Positions 1 to 9,426 of a DNA stretch of 34,927 nt are shown here, one piece after another. Position 1 is the stretch's first letter. Every line of letters begins with the position of its first letter. The position numbers and the translations under genes were made by a program. The notes below the pieces were generated by a model, which was given only the letters and a program-made list of their open reading frames with translations, ran no database searches and was not told the DNA's origin. The DNA comes from a bacterium (GTDB lineage: Bacteria; Actinomycetota; Actinomycetes; Actinomycetales; Actinomycetaceae): positions 1 to 34,927 of the forward strand of contig JAUNRP010000001.1 of NCBI GenBank assembly GCA_030544165.1, read 5' to 3'.

Positions 1-912
1 CAGGTGGAGCTGGCGCAGCTCGAGTACCTGCTCCCGCGCCTGCGCGGATGGGGTGACTCGATGTCCCGGCAGGCCGGTGGACGCGCGGCGAGCGGTGAGG
101 GAATCGGCTCCCGCGGACCGGGTGAGACCAAGATCGAGCTGGACCGCCGCCGTATCCGCACCCGCATGGCGCGGCTCCGGCGCCAGATCGCGGACATGGC
201 GCCCTCGCGGGAGGCACGCCGCTCCGCCCGGCGCGGGGCGGTGACCCCGCAGGTGGCGATCGCCGGCTACACCAACGCCGGGAAGTCCTCGCTCCTCAAC
301 GCCCTCACGGGGGCGGGTGTGCTGGTCCAGAACCAGCTCTTCGCCACCCTCGACCCGACCGTACGGCGTACACGTACACTCGAGGGCCGCGAGTACACCC
401 TCGCGGACACCGTGGGGTTCGTGCGCAACCTGCCCCACGAGCTGGTGGAGGCCTTCCGCTCCACCCTCGAGGAGGTGGGGGAGTCCGATCTGCTCCTGCA
501 CGTGGTGGATGCCGCCCACCCCGATCCGGAGGGCCAGATCTCTGCGGTGCGGGAGGTGCTCTCGGACATCGAGGGGGTGGACCAGATCCCGGAGCTGATC
601 GTGTTCAACAAGGCGGATATCGCCCCCGCGGATGTGCAGGTGCGGCTCCGCACCGCCTACCCGCGGGCCCTGCTCGTCTCGGCGCACACGGGGGCGGGGA
701 TCGAGGAGCTCCAGCAGGAGATCGCGGACCTCCTCCCACGGCCCGGGGTGGAGGTGGACCTCGTGGTGCCCTACTCCCGCGGGGACCTGGTGGCCCGCAT
801 GCACGAGAACGGCGAGATCGAGATGGAGGAACACCTCGATGCCGGCACCCGGATGGTGGGCCGCGCCGATCCGGCCCTCGCGTCCGAGCTGGAACGGGTC
901 CGTGTCGTCTGA
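1..912 (+). CDS. hflX: GTPase HflX, C-terminal part (5' end outside window)
   Basis: Open from the window edge in frame 1. GTPase motifs GYTNAGKSSLLNALT (G1), DTVGF (G3) and NKAD (G4). Stop TGA at 910-912. Confidence 0.9.
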   Translation, partial: QVELAQLEYLLPRLRGWGDSMSRQAGGRAASGEGIGSRGPGETKIELDRRRIRTRMARLRRQIADMAPSREARRSARRGAVTPQVAIAGYTNAGKSSLLNALTGAGVLVQNQLFATLDPTVRRTRTLEGREYTLADTVGFVRNLPHELVEAFRSTLEEVGESDLLLHVVDAAHPDPEGQISAVREVLSDIEGVDQIPELIVFNKADIAPADVQVRLRTAYPRALLVSAHTGAGIEELQQEIADLLPRPGVEVDLVVPYSRGDLVARMHENGEIEMEEHLDAGTRMVGRADPALASELERVRVV

Positions 913-2908
913 GGACTTGGCTGAGCCGGAGGGTGCCGCCCTCCGGGTGCTGCGCCGCGCCGTCGCCGAACTCCCCGGCACCACCCGGACCGGTCAGGAG
1001 CAGATGTGCTCCGCCGTCTCCCAGGCCCTCACCGGGGGAGAGGTGCACCTGGCCCAGGCGGGCACCGGCACCGGAAAGTCCCTCGCCTACCTCTCCGCCG
1101 CGATGACGGCGGCCATGGAGACCGAGGAGCGCGCCGTGATCTCCACGGCCACGCTCGCCCTGCAGCGACAGGTGATCGGCGCGGACGCGCCGCTCGTGGC
1201 GGACGCCGTCGAGGCCGAGACGGGGACGCGCCCCCGCGTGGCGCTCCTGAAGGGGTGGCACAACTACGTGTGCCTCCACAAGGTGGGCGGCGGGTATCCC
1301 GATGAGGACGAACCCACCCTCTTCCCCACGGACGCGGGCAGTGCGCGCGCGCCGGAGGGTCCGCGCGGCGGGCTCGGGCAGCAGGTGCTCCGGGTACGGG
1401 CGTGGGCGGAGGAGACCGAGAGCGGGGACCGCGACGACCTGGTCCCGGGCGTCTCGGACCGCGCCTGGCGGCAGGTCTCCGTCACCAAGCTGGAGTGCCT
1501 CGGATCGAGGTGCCCGGTCCGTGACGAGTGCTTCGCCGAGCGCGCCCGGAACCTCGCCCACGCCGCCGACGTGGTGGTCACCAACCACGCCATGCTCGGG
1601 GTGGCGGCGGCCGGCTCACCCGGGGCCCTGCCCGAGCACGGCCTCCTCGTGATCGACGAGGCCCACGACCTGGTCCCCCGCGTCACCTCGGCCGCGTCCG
1701 TGGAGCTCTCCGCCCAGACCGTGGACCGCGTGGGCCGTGGGGTGGCACGGCATGCGAAGTCCGCCCTCGAGAAGCTCCAGCAGTCCGCCTCCTCGTTGCG
1801 GCTTGCGCTCGACCCCCTCCCGGCGGGACGCCTGGTGGCCGTGCCCCCCGGGCTCGCGGACGCCGCCCTGGTGGTGGGCGCCGCCGCGCGTGCGGCTACC
1901 AGCGAGATGGGGGGAGTGGGAAGCGACGACGACGCGGGCGCACGTGCCGTTGTGAAGTCCGAACTCGTGGTGCTCGCCGAGATCTGCGAGCGGCTCGTCT
2001 CTGACACCGTTGCGGCGCGGCGTGATGTGGCGTGGATCGACCGGGGCCGCGAGGGCTCCGACCCGCCGCGCCTCCACCTGGCACCCCTCGAGGTGGCGAA
2101 GCCCATCGCGGAGCACCTGGTGGGGGACAGGGCCGTGGTGGCCACCTCCGCGACCCTCCAGTTGGGCGGTGGATTCGAGGCCGCCGCGCGGACCCTCGGG
2201 CTTGGTGGAGAGGGAGGCCGGGAGTGGAGCGGCGCCGACTACGGCTCGCCGTTCGACTACCGGCACCAGGGCATCCTCTACGTGGCGGCACGCCTCCCGC
2301 GTCCGGGCCGGGAGGGCGTGGCGCAGGAGGCGCTGGAAGAACTGGCCGATCTGGTGGCGGCGGCAGGCGGCGGCACCCTCGGCCTCTTCTCCTCGCTGCG
2401 GGGTGCCCAGCGTGCGGCCGAGTTCGTGAGCGGGCGGGTGTCCACGCCCGTGTTGTGCCAGGGGGAGGACCAGCTCCCCGAGCTGGTGCGGGCCTTTGCT
2501 GCGGACCCGGCCACCAGCCTGTTCGGGACCCTCTCGCTCTGGCAGGGCGTGGACGTCCCGGGCGAGACGTGCCGCCTCGTCACCATCGACCGGATTCCCT
2601 TCCCCCGCCCCGATGACCCCATCATGTCCGCCCGGACCGAGGTGGCCGAGGCGCGGGGGAGGAACGGGTTCATGGAGGTGTCCGTGGCCCATGCCGCGCT
2701 CCTGCTCGCCCAGGGGGCGGGACGGCTCATCCGGAGGTCCACCGATCGGGGCGTGGTGGCGATCCTCGATCCGAGGGTGGCCACCTCAGGCTACGGCCGC
2801 TTCCTGATGAAGTCCCTTCCCGAGCTGTGGCCTACGCGGGACGCGCAGCAGGTCCGCACCTCACTCGCGGCGCTGGCGGCGGGTGTGGGTGGGCCCGCGC
2901 GCAGCTAG
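902..2908 (+). CDS. dinG: DinG/XPD-family ATP-dependent DNA helicase (Fe-S type)
   Basis: Same frame as track ORF 632..2908. Walker [13 protein letters not shown] box (LVIDEAHDL), four-Cys cluster (NYVCLHK...[14 protein letters not shown]) and C-terminal helicase motifs ([22 protein letters not shown]). Start placed at GTG 902, overlapping the hflX stop by 11 nt; TTG 917 is an alternative. Stop TAG at 2906-2908. Confidence 0.8.
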   Translation: MSSEDLAEPEGAALRVLRRAVAELPGTTRTGQEQMCSAVSQALTGGEVHLAQAGTGTGKSLAYLSAAMTAAMETEERAVISTATLALQRQVIGADAPLVADAVEAETGTRPRVALLKGWHNYVCLHKVGGGYPDEDEPTLFPTDAGSARAPEGPRGGLGQQVLRVRAWAEETESGDRDDLVPGVSDRAWRQVSVTKLECLGSRCPVRDECFAERARNLAHAADVVVTNHAMLGVAAAGSPGALPEHGLLVIDEAHDLVPRVTSAASVELSAQTVDRVGRGVARHAKSALEKLQQSASSLRLALDPLPAGRLVAVPPGLADAALVVGAAARAATSEMGGVGSDDDAGARAVVKSELVVLAEICERLVSDTVAARRDVAWIDRGREGSDPPRLHLAPLEVAKPIAEHLVGDRAVVATSATLQLGGGFEAAARTLGLGGEGGREWSGADYGSPFDYRHQGILYVAARLPRPGREGVAQEALEELADLVAAAGGGTLGLFSSLRGAQRAAEFVSGRVSTPVLCQGEDQLPELVRAFAADPATSLFGTLSLWQGVDVPGETCRLVTIDRIPFPRPDDPIMSARTEVAEARGRNGFMEVSVAHAALLLAQGAGRLIRRSTDRGVVAILDPRVATSGYGRFLMKSLPELWPTRDAQQVRTSLAALAAGVGGPARS

Positions 2909-3558
2909 AGGGAACGCAGGACGGAGACCACCTTGCCGAGGATGGTGGCGTGGTCCCCGAGGATGGGGGAGTAGGCGGCGTTCGACGGCATGAGCCAGAT
3001 GTGCCCGTCCCGGCGCTGGAGCGTCTTGACCGTTGCCTCGTCATCGAGCAGCGCCGCCACCACCTCGCCGTTCTCCGCGCTCTGCTGGCGGCGGACCACC
3101 ACCCAGTCCCCATCGCAGATCGCCGCATCGATCATGGACTCGCCCGAGACGCGGAGCATGAAGAGCTCGCCCTCACCCACGAGCTGGCGGGGGAGGGTGA
3201 AGATGTCCTCCACGTTCTGCTCGGCGAGCACCGGGCCACCGGCGGCGATCCGCCCCACGAGCGGGACGAGCGCGCCGGCCGCGTTCTCCTGTCCGAGGAA
3301 CTCGATCGGGGCCGGGGTGACATCCGGCCCCTCCCGATGGTCCACCACCTCGAGGGCGCGGGGACGGCGCGGATCGCGGCGGATGTAGCCCTTCCTCTCC
3401 AGCACATCGAGTTGGTGCTTCACGGATGAGGGGCTCTGCAGGCCCACGGCATCACCGATCTCCCGGAGGGTGGGGGGAAACCCGCGCTCCGAGAGGGCGG
3501 TACGGATCGTCTCCATCACGAGCGCCTGGCGCCCGGTGAGGCCTTCTCGCTGCTCCAT
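2905..3558 (-). CDS. lexA: LexA SOS repressor
   Basis: [40 protein letters not shown] is a winged-HTH. The C-terminal S24 peptidase has Ser (GESMIDA) and Lys (ATVKTL). ATG at 3558, internal to track ORF 2905..3738. SOS boxes lie upstream. Confidence 0.93.
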   Translation of the reverse strand: MEQREGLTGRQALVMETIRTALSERGFPPTLREIGDAVGLQSPSSVKHQLDVLERKGYIRRDPRRPRALEVVDHREGPDVTPAPIEFLGQENAAGALVPLVGRIAAGGPVLAEQNVEDIFTLPRQLVGEGELFMLRVSGESMIDAAICDGDWVVVRRQQSAENGEVVAALLDDEATVKTLQRRDGHIWLMPSNAAYSPILGDHATILGKVVSVLRSL

Positions 3559-3635
3559 GTTCAACTCCCGATCGTTCGTGTCAGTGGGTCTCGGTTCACT
3601 GGTGGTTACCAGCGTAGGGCGAGAACGGATGAATA

Positions 3636-3651
3636 TCAAACATTTGTTCGA
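3636..3651. promoter_or_regulatory. Putative LexA operator (SOS box), lexA-proximal
   Basis: TCAAAC-ATTT-GTTCGA has one mismatch to the actinobacterial/Gram-positive TCGAAC-N4-GTTCGA consensus. It lies 78-93 nt upstream of the lexA ATG in a locally AT-richer spacer. Confidence 0.6.
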
Positions 3652-3702
3652 GAATGTCTCGACATTGTCGGATCCCTTCGCTATGTTTGGCACAGACGTT
3701 CG

Positions 3703-3718
3703 ACGAACAGGCGTTCGA
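3703..3718. promoter_or_regulatory. Putative LexA operator (SOS box), proximal to the LysM gene
   Basis: ACGAAC-AGGC-GTTCGA has one mismatch to TCGAAC-N4-GTTCGA. It ends 10 nt before the LysM-gene ATG and overlaps its Shine-Dalgarno region (GAGGAGGA). Confidence 0.62.
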
Positions 3719-3728
3719 GGAGGACCCC

Positions 3729-4220
3729 ATGAGTGCATTGCCGATCACCCTTCCCACCGCTCCGGCGGAGTCGGCACCCATTTCGCGCCACCTCCGGGTG
3801 GTGACCGAGGCGGATGCCGCGCGCGCCGCCGCCGACGATGAGGCGGGCCGGCGTGCGCTGGTGGCCGCCCTGCGCTGGGCGTCGCGTTCCGCGCCGCGCC
3901 CGGTTGCCAGCGGGCGGAGCGGCGCAGTACAGCCACCGCTGGTGCTCACCGCCCGTGGGCGCGCGGCCGTACGGGTCCTGGTGGGGCTGGCCGCCTCGGT
4001 CCTCGCGATCCTGGCCGGGGTGGCGATCGGACTCGTCCTTCGCGCCGCACCAGTGGCGGGCGAGTCCGTGGTGGTGGGATCGGGGGACACCCTGTGGTCC
4101 ATCGCCGCCGCGGTCCCGGGGACCGATGTGCGGGACGCGGTCGCGCAGATCGTGGAGCTCAACGGGCTTGCCGGTGCACAGATCCATCCGGGTCAGGTCC
4201 TGGTCCTCCCGGCGCCATGA
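3729..4220 (+). CDS. LysM-domain membrane protein, ChiZ (Rv2719c)-like candidate SOS-induced division factor
   Basis: 163 aa with a disordered Arg/Ala-rich N-terminus, one TM helix ([24 protein letters not shown]) and a C-terminal LysM domain ([13 protein letters not shown]...[21 protein letters not shown]). ATG 3729 is preceded by GAGGAGGA. It is divergent from lexA and upstream of nrdR, as in mycobacteria. Confidence 0.75.
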   Translation: MSALPITLPTAPAESAPISRHLRVVTEADAARAAADDEAGRRALVAALRWASRSAPRPVASGRSGAVQPPLVLTARGRAAVRVLVGLAASVLAILAGVAIGLVLRAAPVAGESVVVGSGDTLWSIAAAVPGTDVRDAVAQIVELNGLAGAQIHPGQVLVLPAP

Positions 4221-4276
4221 GCACCGTGCTCGCGGACCGTTTGCGGTGCGCGGGAGTGGCGCACTACGGTTCGGGG

Positions 4277-4726
4277 ATGCACTGCCCGTTCTGCCACAAC
4301 AACGACTCGCGCGTGGTGGACTCGCGCACATCGGATGATGGCACCTCCATCCGGCGCCGCCGGGAGTGCCCCTCCTGCCACCGGCGTTTCACCACGGTGG
4401 AGTCCGCCACGCTGAGCGTGATGAAGCGGAGCGGGGTCTCCGAGCCGTTCATCCGGGAGAAGATCATCGCGGGCGTGCGCAAGGCGTGCCAGGGCCGCCC
4501 GGTGACCGAGGATGAGATCGCCGTCCTGGCACAGGGGGTGGAGGAGCAGGTCCGCTCACTGGGATCGTCGGTGGTGGATACGAACGATGTGGGGATGGCG
4601 ATCCTCGGCCCGCTCCGGGACCTCGACACCGTGGCCTACCTCAGATTCGCCTCGGTATACTCGTCCTTCACCACCCTCGAGGACTTCGAGAACGCGATCG
4701 CGGAGCTCAAGGAGCTCGAGAACTGA
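4277..4726 (+). CDS. nrdR: Transcriptional repressor NrdR
   Basis: [17 protein letters not shown]...[10 protein letters not shown] zinc ribbon plus an ATP-cone domain; 149 aa. ATG 4277, internal to track ORF 4094..4726. Confidence 0.93.
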   Translation: MHCPFCHNNDSRVVDSRTSDDGTSIRRRRECPSCHRRFTTVESATLSVMKRSGVSEPFIREKIIAGVRKACQGRPVTEDEIAVLAQGVEEQVRSLGSSVVDTNDVGMAILGPLRDLDTVAYLRFASVYSSFTTLEDFENAIAELKELEN

Positions 4727-4732
4727 AGGCCT

Positions 4733-4771
4733 CCGGTGGTGCCGGGGAGGGGAAGCCCGCGGCACCACCGG
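4733..4771. terminator. Bidirectional hairpin between convergent nrdR and serA
   Basis: Perfect 12-bp inverted repeat CCGGTGGTGCCG (4733-4744) / CGGCACCACCGG (4760-4771) with a 15-nt loop and no clear U-tract. Located in the 56-nt convergent intergenic gap. Confidence 0.5.
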
Positions 4772-4782
4772 ATCACGGTGGT

Positions 4783-6018
4783 CTACCCCCGCAGGTGGCG
4801 CTCCAGAACGCGCAGCCGGATCGTGCCCTCCAGGTTGCGCAGGGCCTCCAGTGCCTCGGGGGCGATCTCGGAACTCAGGTCCGTGATCATGTAGCCGATC
4901 TCGTGCACGGTGCCGAGGATCTGGCCGGAGATGTTGGCGCCGGACTCCGCGAACGCCTGGTTCACGAGCGCCAGGACACCGGGCATGTTGCGGTGCACCC
5001 ACGCCACCCGGTACCTCGACTCGGGGGAGGGCGTGAGGGTGAGGCGGGGAAGGTTCACGGACATGTCCGTGGAGGCCGCCTTCGCGTAGCCCGCGAGCTT
5101 GTTCCCCACGAACTGGCCGATCTCGTACTGCGCCTCGAGCGTGGATCCGCCGATGTGGGGGGTGAGGATCACGTTCGGCAGGCCGCGCAGCGGCGAGGCG
5201 AACGGATCACCATTGGCCTTCGGCTCCTCCGGGTACACGTCCACCGCGGCGCCGGCGATGTGTCCCTCCACGATGTTGTCCCGCAGCGCCTCCACATCCA
5301 CCACGAACCCGCGGGAGAGGTTGAGGAAGAGGGTTCCCTGCTTCATCTGGGAGAACTCGCGTGCGCCGATGAGGCCACCATTGGCGGGGGAGTCGTCCAC
5401 GTGGATGGACACCACGTCCGCCGCGCGGAACACCTCCTCCATGGTGCGGCACCGCTTGGCATTGCCCAGGGCGGGTCGCTCCTGGAGGTCGAAGAACACC
5501 ACGGTCATGCCGAGGGCCTCCGCCACCACCGAGAGCTGGGTGCCGATATTGCCGTAGCCGATGATCCCCAGCGTCAGCCCGCGCACCTCGTGGGCGCCGG
5601 CCGCGGACTTCTCCCACCGGCCCTCGTGGAGCGCGCGATCCCGCTCGGTCAGGCGCCGGTTCAGCGCGATGATCTCCGCCACCGCGAGCTCCACCACGGA
5701 GCGGGTGTTGGAGAACGGGGCGTTGAAGACCGCAACGCCCGCCCGCGTCGCCTCCAGGAGGTCGATCTGGGTGGTGCCGATGGAGAAGGTCCCGATGGCC
5801 TCGAGCTGGGGATGGGCCTCGAACACGCGCTTGGTCACCCGCGTCTTGGAGCGGATGCCGAGGAGGCTCACGCCGTCCAGCGCCTCGATCAGCTCGTCCT
5901 CATCCAGTGCGCCGGGATGCCGCTCCACCTCGAGGCCCACGGCGCGCAGCAGCGCATCGGTCTCGTGATGCGGGTTTTCCAGGAGTAGTGCTCGTGCCAC
6001 CGATCCAGTCTCCACCAT
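4783..6018 (-). CDS. serA: D-3-phosphoglycerate dehydrogenase, short E. coli-type with C-terminal ACT domain
   Basis: 411 aa. Motifs FNAPFSNTRSVVELAV, GIIGYGNIGTQ (NAD-binding), PHIGGST and an ACT-like tail (HRNMPGVLALVNQAFAESGANI); collinear with E. coli SerA as I recall it. ATG 6018 (alternative GTG 6000). Track ORF 4783..6726 is over-extended. Confidence 0.9.
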   Translation of the reverse strand: MVETGSVARALLLENPHHETDALLRAVGLEVERHPGALDEDELIEALDGVSLLGIRSKTRVTKRVFEAHPQLEAIGTFSIGTTQIDLLEATRAGVAVFNAPFSNTRSVVELAVAEIIALNRRLTERDRALHEGRWEKSAAGAHEVRGLTLGIIGYGNIGTQLSVVAEALGMTVVFFDLQERPALGNAKRCRTMEEVFRAADVVSIHVDDSPANGGLIGAREFSQMKQGTLFLNLSRGFVVDVEALRDNIVEGHIAGAAVDVYPEEPKANGDPFASPLRGLPNVILTPHIGGSTLEAQYEIGQFVGNKLAGYAKAASTDMSVNLPRLTLTPSPESRYRVAWVHRNMPGVLALVNQAFAESGANISGQILGTVHEIGYMITDLSSEIAPEALEALRNLEGTIRLRVLERHLRG

Positions 6019-6026
6019 GCGCGGGA

Positions 6027-8273
6027 CTAGCCGGCCCGCCCGCCCGAATCGTGGTCCCATCCCGGCGGAAGCGCATCGCGGTAGACCGCGTGGAGGCGCT
6101 TGGTGCACCGCGTCATCGCCACGTAGATGTCCCCCGTGGAGCGGTGCGCGATCTCGGCGGGCTCCACCACGATCACCACATCGAACTCGAGACCCTTGGA
6201 GGCAGGTGCATCGAGAACCACGAGGGGTGCCCGCAGGGGGTTCCCATCGGGAGAGCGGAGCTGTTCCTCGAACTGACCGCGGAGCTCGCTGAGGACACCC
6301 GAGACCTGTTCGGTGGGGGCCAGGACGGCCACCTTGCCCCGCCCGCTCTCCTCCAACTCGCGGGCGACCACGGGCACGAGCACATCGCGCCAGTGGCCGT
6401 GGGTCACCCGGAGTGCATCCGGAACGTCGCGCGCTGCGGTGAGGGGCAGGTAGTCGGCAGGAGCGCCCGCCATGAGGACCCTCCCCGCCAGGTCGAGCAC
6501 CGTTGCGGGGGTCCGGTAGGAGACGGTGAGGGCTGCCTGGCGCACGTGCTCCCGGCCCGCCTTCCCCATGAGGGAGCGCCACGTGGGCGCCGGCGTGGAG
6601 GAGGACTGCTGCGCGAGATCGCCCACCACCGTCATCGAGCGCAGGGGGACCCGGCGGAGCAGGGAGCGCCACGCCATGGGGGAGAGCTCCTGCGCCTCGT
6701 CCACCACGATGTGCCCGTAGGTCCACGTGCGGTCATCCGCCGCCCGTTCGGCCAACGTGCGGCGCGGACCCTCGGCGCGGAACCGGGCCGCCAGCATGGA
6801 GGCGGAGACCATGCCGCCTCCGAGGTCCTGGGACTCGATGGCCTGCTGGGCGAACTCGAGCTGCTCCCGGGCCTGGGCCTCGTCCTCCATGCGCGAGCGG
6901 CGGGCCTCGGCCTCCTCGTGGGGGCCGAGGAGCTCGGCGAGCTCATCGAGGATTGGGATGTCCGAGATGGTCCACGGGCTCCCCGGCTCGCGCAGCAGGA
7001 GTTCGCGCTCCTGGTGGCTGAGCGTGGGGGCATGGAGTTCGAGCAGCTCGGGCCGCGAGTAGAGCTTCTCGAGCAGGCCATGCGGCGTCGTCGGCATCCA
7101 GCACAGGTTGAGGGCGATCCGGACCTCGCGGTTCGTGCGGACGTCCTCGTAGAGGTAGAGGTAGTCGTCCGACTCGTCCAGGCCGCGGCCCACGGCGTAC
7201 TGCTTCACCAGGTCATCGAGCATGGCGAGGACGAACGGGGTGCGGGACTCGTTGTGCGTGGAGGCCGAGCGCCGTGCCTTCGACATCGCGGTGCGGACCG
7301 TCTCGGGCCTCACCTCGATCGGCACGCCCTCCACCACGATCCGCTGCACGGCCCCGGGCACGCGCTGGAGGGCCTTCACCGCCCGCTCGGCCACTCGGGA
7401 CATCTCGAGGTGGCCCTTGATCGCTGCGATCTCCTCATCCTCCCGGAGGCGGGTGGAGGTTCCCGGGAGCAGGTCTCCGATCGTGGTGGACACCACGTCG
7501 TTCTCCCCGAGCGAGGGGAGCACCTGGTCGATGTAGTCGAGGAAGACCCGGGTGGGGCCCACGATCAGGACGCCGGAGCGCTGCAGCCGCTCTCGGTGGG
7601 CGTAGAGGAGGTAGGCGGCACGGTGGAGCGCCACAGCGGTCTTCCCCGTTCCCGGCCCGCCCTGCACCACGAGGATCCCGTCCATCGCGTCGCGGATGAT
7701 GGCGTCCTGCTCGGACTGGATCGTGGCCACGATGTCACTCATCTGGCCCTCACGTGCCGCCGCGAGGGCGGCGAAGAGTGCGCCCTCGCCGGTCAGGGAC
7801 GTGGCCACCTCCTCGGTGATCGCCTCGGAGTTGAGGAGCTCGTCCTCGATGCTGACCACCCGCCGGCCCTCGGTGGTGATGTGGCGGCGCCGGACCACAT
7901 TCCCCGGGTGGGCGGCGGTGGCCTGGTAGAACGGGCGGGCTGACGGAGCGCGCCAGTCGAGGAGGAGTTGGTCCTGGGTGTCCGAGAGGATTCCGAGGCG
8001 GCCGATGTAGCGGGGCTCCGGGTCCCCGGCGAAGTCCATCCGCCCGAACACGAGCCGGTTCTCCACCTGATCGAGCCGGGAGATCATGTCCTCGTAGTGT
8101 GCGGCGAACGCGTCCCGCTCCGAGCGGTTCTGCGGGCTCCCGCTCGGCCCCTCCCGCCGGACCCCTGCCAGGTTCGCGGCATACCCGGCCCGTAGCTCGT
8201 CCAGGCGGGCGTAGACCCGATCGAGGTGGTTCTGTTCCAGGCCGATCTCGCGGACCTCGGAATCATTGGACAC
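6027..8273 (-). CDS. helD: HelD-type UvrD-like helicase (RNA-polymerase-associated helicase IV family)
   Basis: 748 aa. N-terminal coiled region (LDRVYARLDELR...) and YIGRLGI...LLDWRAP motif typical of HelD. Walker A VVQGGPGTGKTAVALHR, motif II IVVDEAQELSPMAW, C-terminal VAMTRCTKRLH. GTG start at 8273 is preceded by GGGAGAG. Stop TAG 6027-6029 lies 8 nt before the serA ATG. Confidence 0.8.
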   Translation of the reverse strand: MSNDSEVREIGLEQNHLDRVYARLDELRAGYAANLAGVRREGPSGSPQNRSERDAFAAHYEDMISRLDQVENRLVFGRMDFAGDPEPRYIGRLGILSDTQDQLLLDWRAPSARPFYQATAAHPGNVVRRRHITTEGRRVVSIEDELLNSEAITEEVATSLTGEGALFAALAAAREGQMSDIVATIQSEQDAIIRDAMDGILVVQGGPGTGKTAVALHRAAYLLYAHRERLQRSGVLIVGPTRVFLDYIDQVLPSLGENDVVSTTIGDLLPGTSTRLREDEEIAAIKGHLEMSRVAERAVKALQRVPGAVQRIVVEGVPIEVRPETVRTAMSKARRSASTHNESRTPFVLAMLDDLVKQYAVGRGLDESDDYLYLYEDVRTNREVRIALNLCWMPTTPHGLLEKLYSRPELLELHAPTLSHQERELLLREPGSPWTISDIPILDELAELLGPHEEAEARRSRMEDEAQAREQLEFAQQAIESQDLGGGMVSASMLAARFRAEGPRRTLAERAADDRTWTYGHIVVDEAQELSPMAWRSLLRRVPLRSMTVVGDLAQQSSSTPAPTWRSLMGKAGREHVRQAALTVSYRTPATVLDLAGRVLMAGAPADYLPLTAARDVPDALRVTHGHWRDVLVPVVARELEESGRGKVAVLAPTEQVSGVLSELRGQFEEQLRSPDGNPLRAPLVVLDAPASKGLEFDVVIVVEPAEIAHRSTGDIYVAMTRCTKRLHAVYRDALPPGWDHDSGGRAG

Positions 8274-8448
8274 CCAAGCTCTCCCATCGTCTCCAGGCCC
8301 TCGCGAAGCGCCCGGAGCGCCGCATCACCCGCATCAACAGCCCTCCATTATCGTCTACACCGTCCCCCGCGCGCCAGCGGATCGCGGAATACCCACGGGG
8401 CCCGGCAGCGTTGGGCAGTGTGGGAGCACAAGAGGAAGGGAGCCCGCC

Positions 8449-9426
8449 ATGAACGAGCATCTGACACCAGGCGATGGACCTGCCCGGAACTTCGTGCGCC
8501 TCGAACCGATCGCGGAGAAGCTCGATGTGCGATCCCTCGTGATCGCCCTCCACTCCCCGATGGACGCCGGTGCCGCCGCCCAGATCGTGGCCGAGCACCT
8601 GACCGGTTCCCTCCAGCACGACCGCGTGGCCACCTTCGACCAGGACGAGGTGACGGACTTCCACCGGCACCGTCCCACGATCGTCTACCAGGACGGCCAG
8701 TTCACGGACCTCCACCCCTCCGAACTCGCGATCGACCTGGTGCGGGATGACGAGGGCAGCGAGCTCCTCCTGCTCCACGGGCAGGAGCCAGACCTGCGGT
8801 GGAACCGGTTCACCGAGACCGTGCTCGCGCTGGCCGAGCGGTTCGGCGTGGACCGCACCTTCGTGCTCCAGGGATTCCCCACCGGGGTGCCGCACACCCG
8901 GCCCGTGCAGATCACCTCGCACGCCTCGCGCCCCGAACTCCGCACGGAGGACGAGGGCATCATGGGGACCCTCCAGTTCCCCGCCCAGGCCTCGAACGTG
9001 CTCGAGCTCGCCTTCGGCCAGGCCGGCACGGACACGGTCGGATACTCCGCGGCGATCCCGCACTACCTGGCCCACCACCCCTACCCGGCGGCCGCGGCCG
9101 CGCTGGTGCGCAGGCTCGCCCACGCCGCCGACTTCGCGCTCCCCGTGGGGGAACTGGACGCGGCAGCGGCACGGTTCGAAGCGGAACTCGCCGGCGTCGT
9201 CGGGGAGGAGGCGGCAGCCCACGTGGCAGCACTCGAGACCCAGTTCGACGCACTGCGCGAGGCCCAGCCCCAGCTCTTCTCGGCCGACGAGCCGGGCGGG
9301 CGGGACATGCAGATCCCCACGGCCGAGGAGATCGGTGCGGCCGCCGAGGCGTTCCTGGCGGACCTCGGGGACCTCGGCGAGCCCGGGTCCGAGCCGGGCG
9401 ATGAACCCCGGGTGTCCGGCTCCTGA
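8449..9426 (+). CDS. PAC2 (proteasome-assembly-chaperone-like) family protein
   Basis: 325 aa. LVIALHSPMDAGAAAQ, HGQEPDLRWNRF and FPTGVPHTRP resemble actinobacterial PAC2-family proteins (Rv2714/Rv2125 type) as I recall them. ATG 8449 is preceded by AGAGGAAGGGAG. Track ORF 8266..9426 is over-extended. Confidence 0.65.
   Translation: MNEHLTPGDGPARNFVRLEPIAEKLDVRSLVIALHSPMDAGAAAQIVAEHLTGSLQHDRVATFDQDEVTDFHRHRPTIVYQDGQFTDLHPSELAIDLVRDDEGSELLLLHGQEPDLRWNRFTETVLALAERFGVDRTFVLQGFPTGVPHTRPVQITSHASRPELRTEDEGIMGTLQFPAQASNVLELAFGQAGTDTVGYSAAIPHYLAHHPYPAAAAALVRRLAHAADFALPVGELDAAAARFEAELAGVVGEEAAAHVAALETQFDALREAQPQLFSADEPGGRDMQIPTAEEIGAAAEAFLADLGDLGEPGSEPGDEPRVSGS

Noticed and set aside
632-901. Over-long N-terminal extensions of track ORFs: dinG from 632, serA to 6726, PAC2 from 8266, sqdB from 8747, nrdR from 4094, mraZ from 14641, rluD from 31204, GNAT from 32256, and lexA to 3738.
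   Set aside because: The extensions overlap the preceding well-supported gene or a regulatory spacer and have junk-like composition. Internal ATG/GTG starts with Shine-Dalgarno sequences reproduce the canonical family N-termini.
2905-2908. dinG and lexA are convergent and their stop codons overlap on the palindrome CTAG, leaving no intergenic terminator.
   Set aside because: It is real but is most simply genome compaction. No hairpin or other signal is visible, so there is nothing testable beyond noting it.
8274-8448. Searched the helD upstream region for a long palindrome (a rifamycin-associated element) or an SOS box.
   Set aside because: Only short GC palindromes are present (GCGC-CCGGA-GCGC, CCGCG...CGCGG). 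Nothing approaches a ~19-bp palindrome or GAAC-N4-GTTC.
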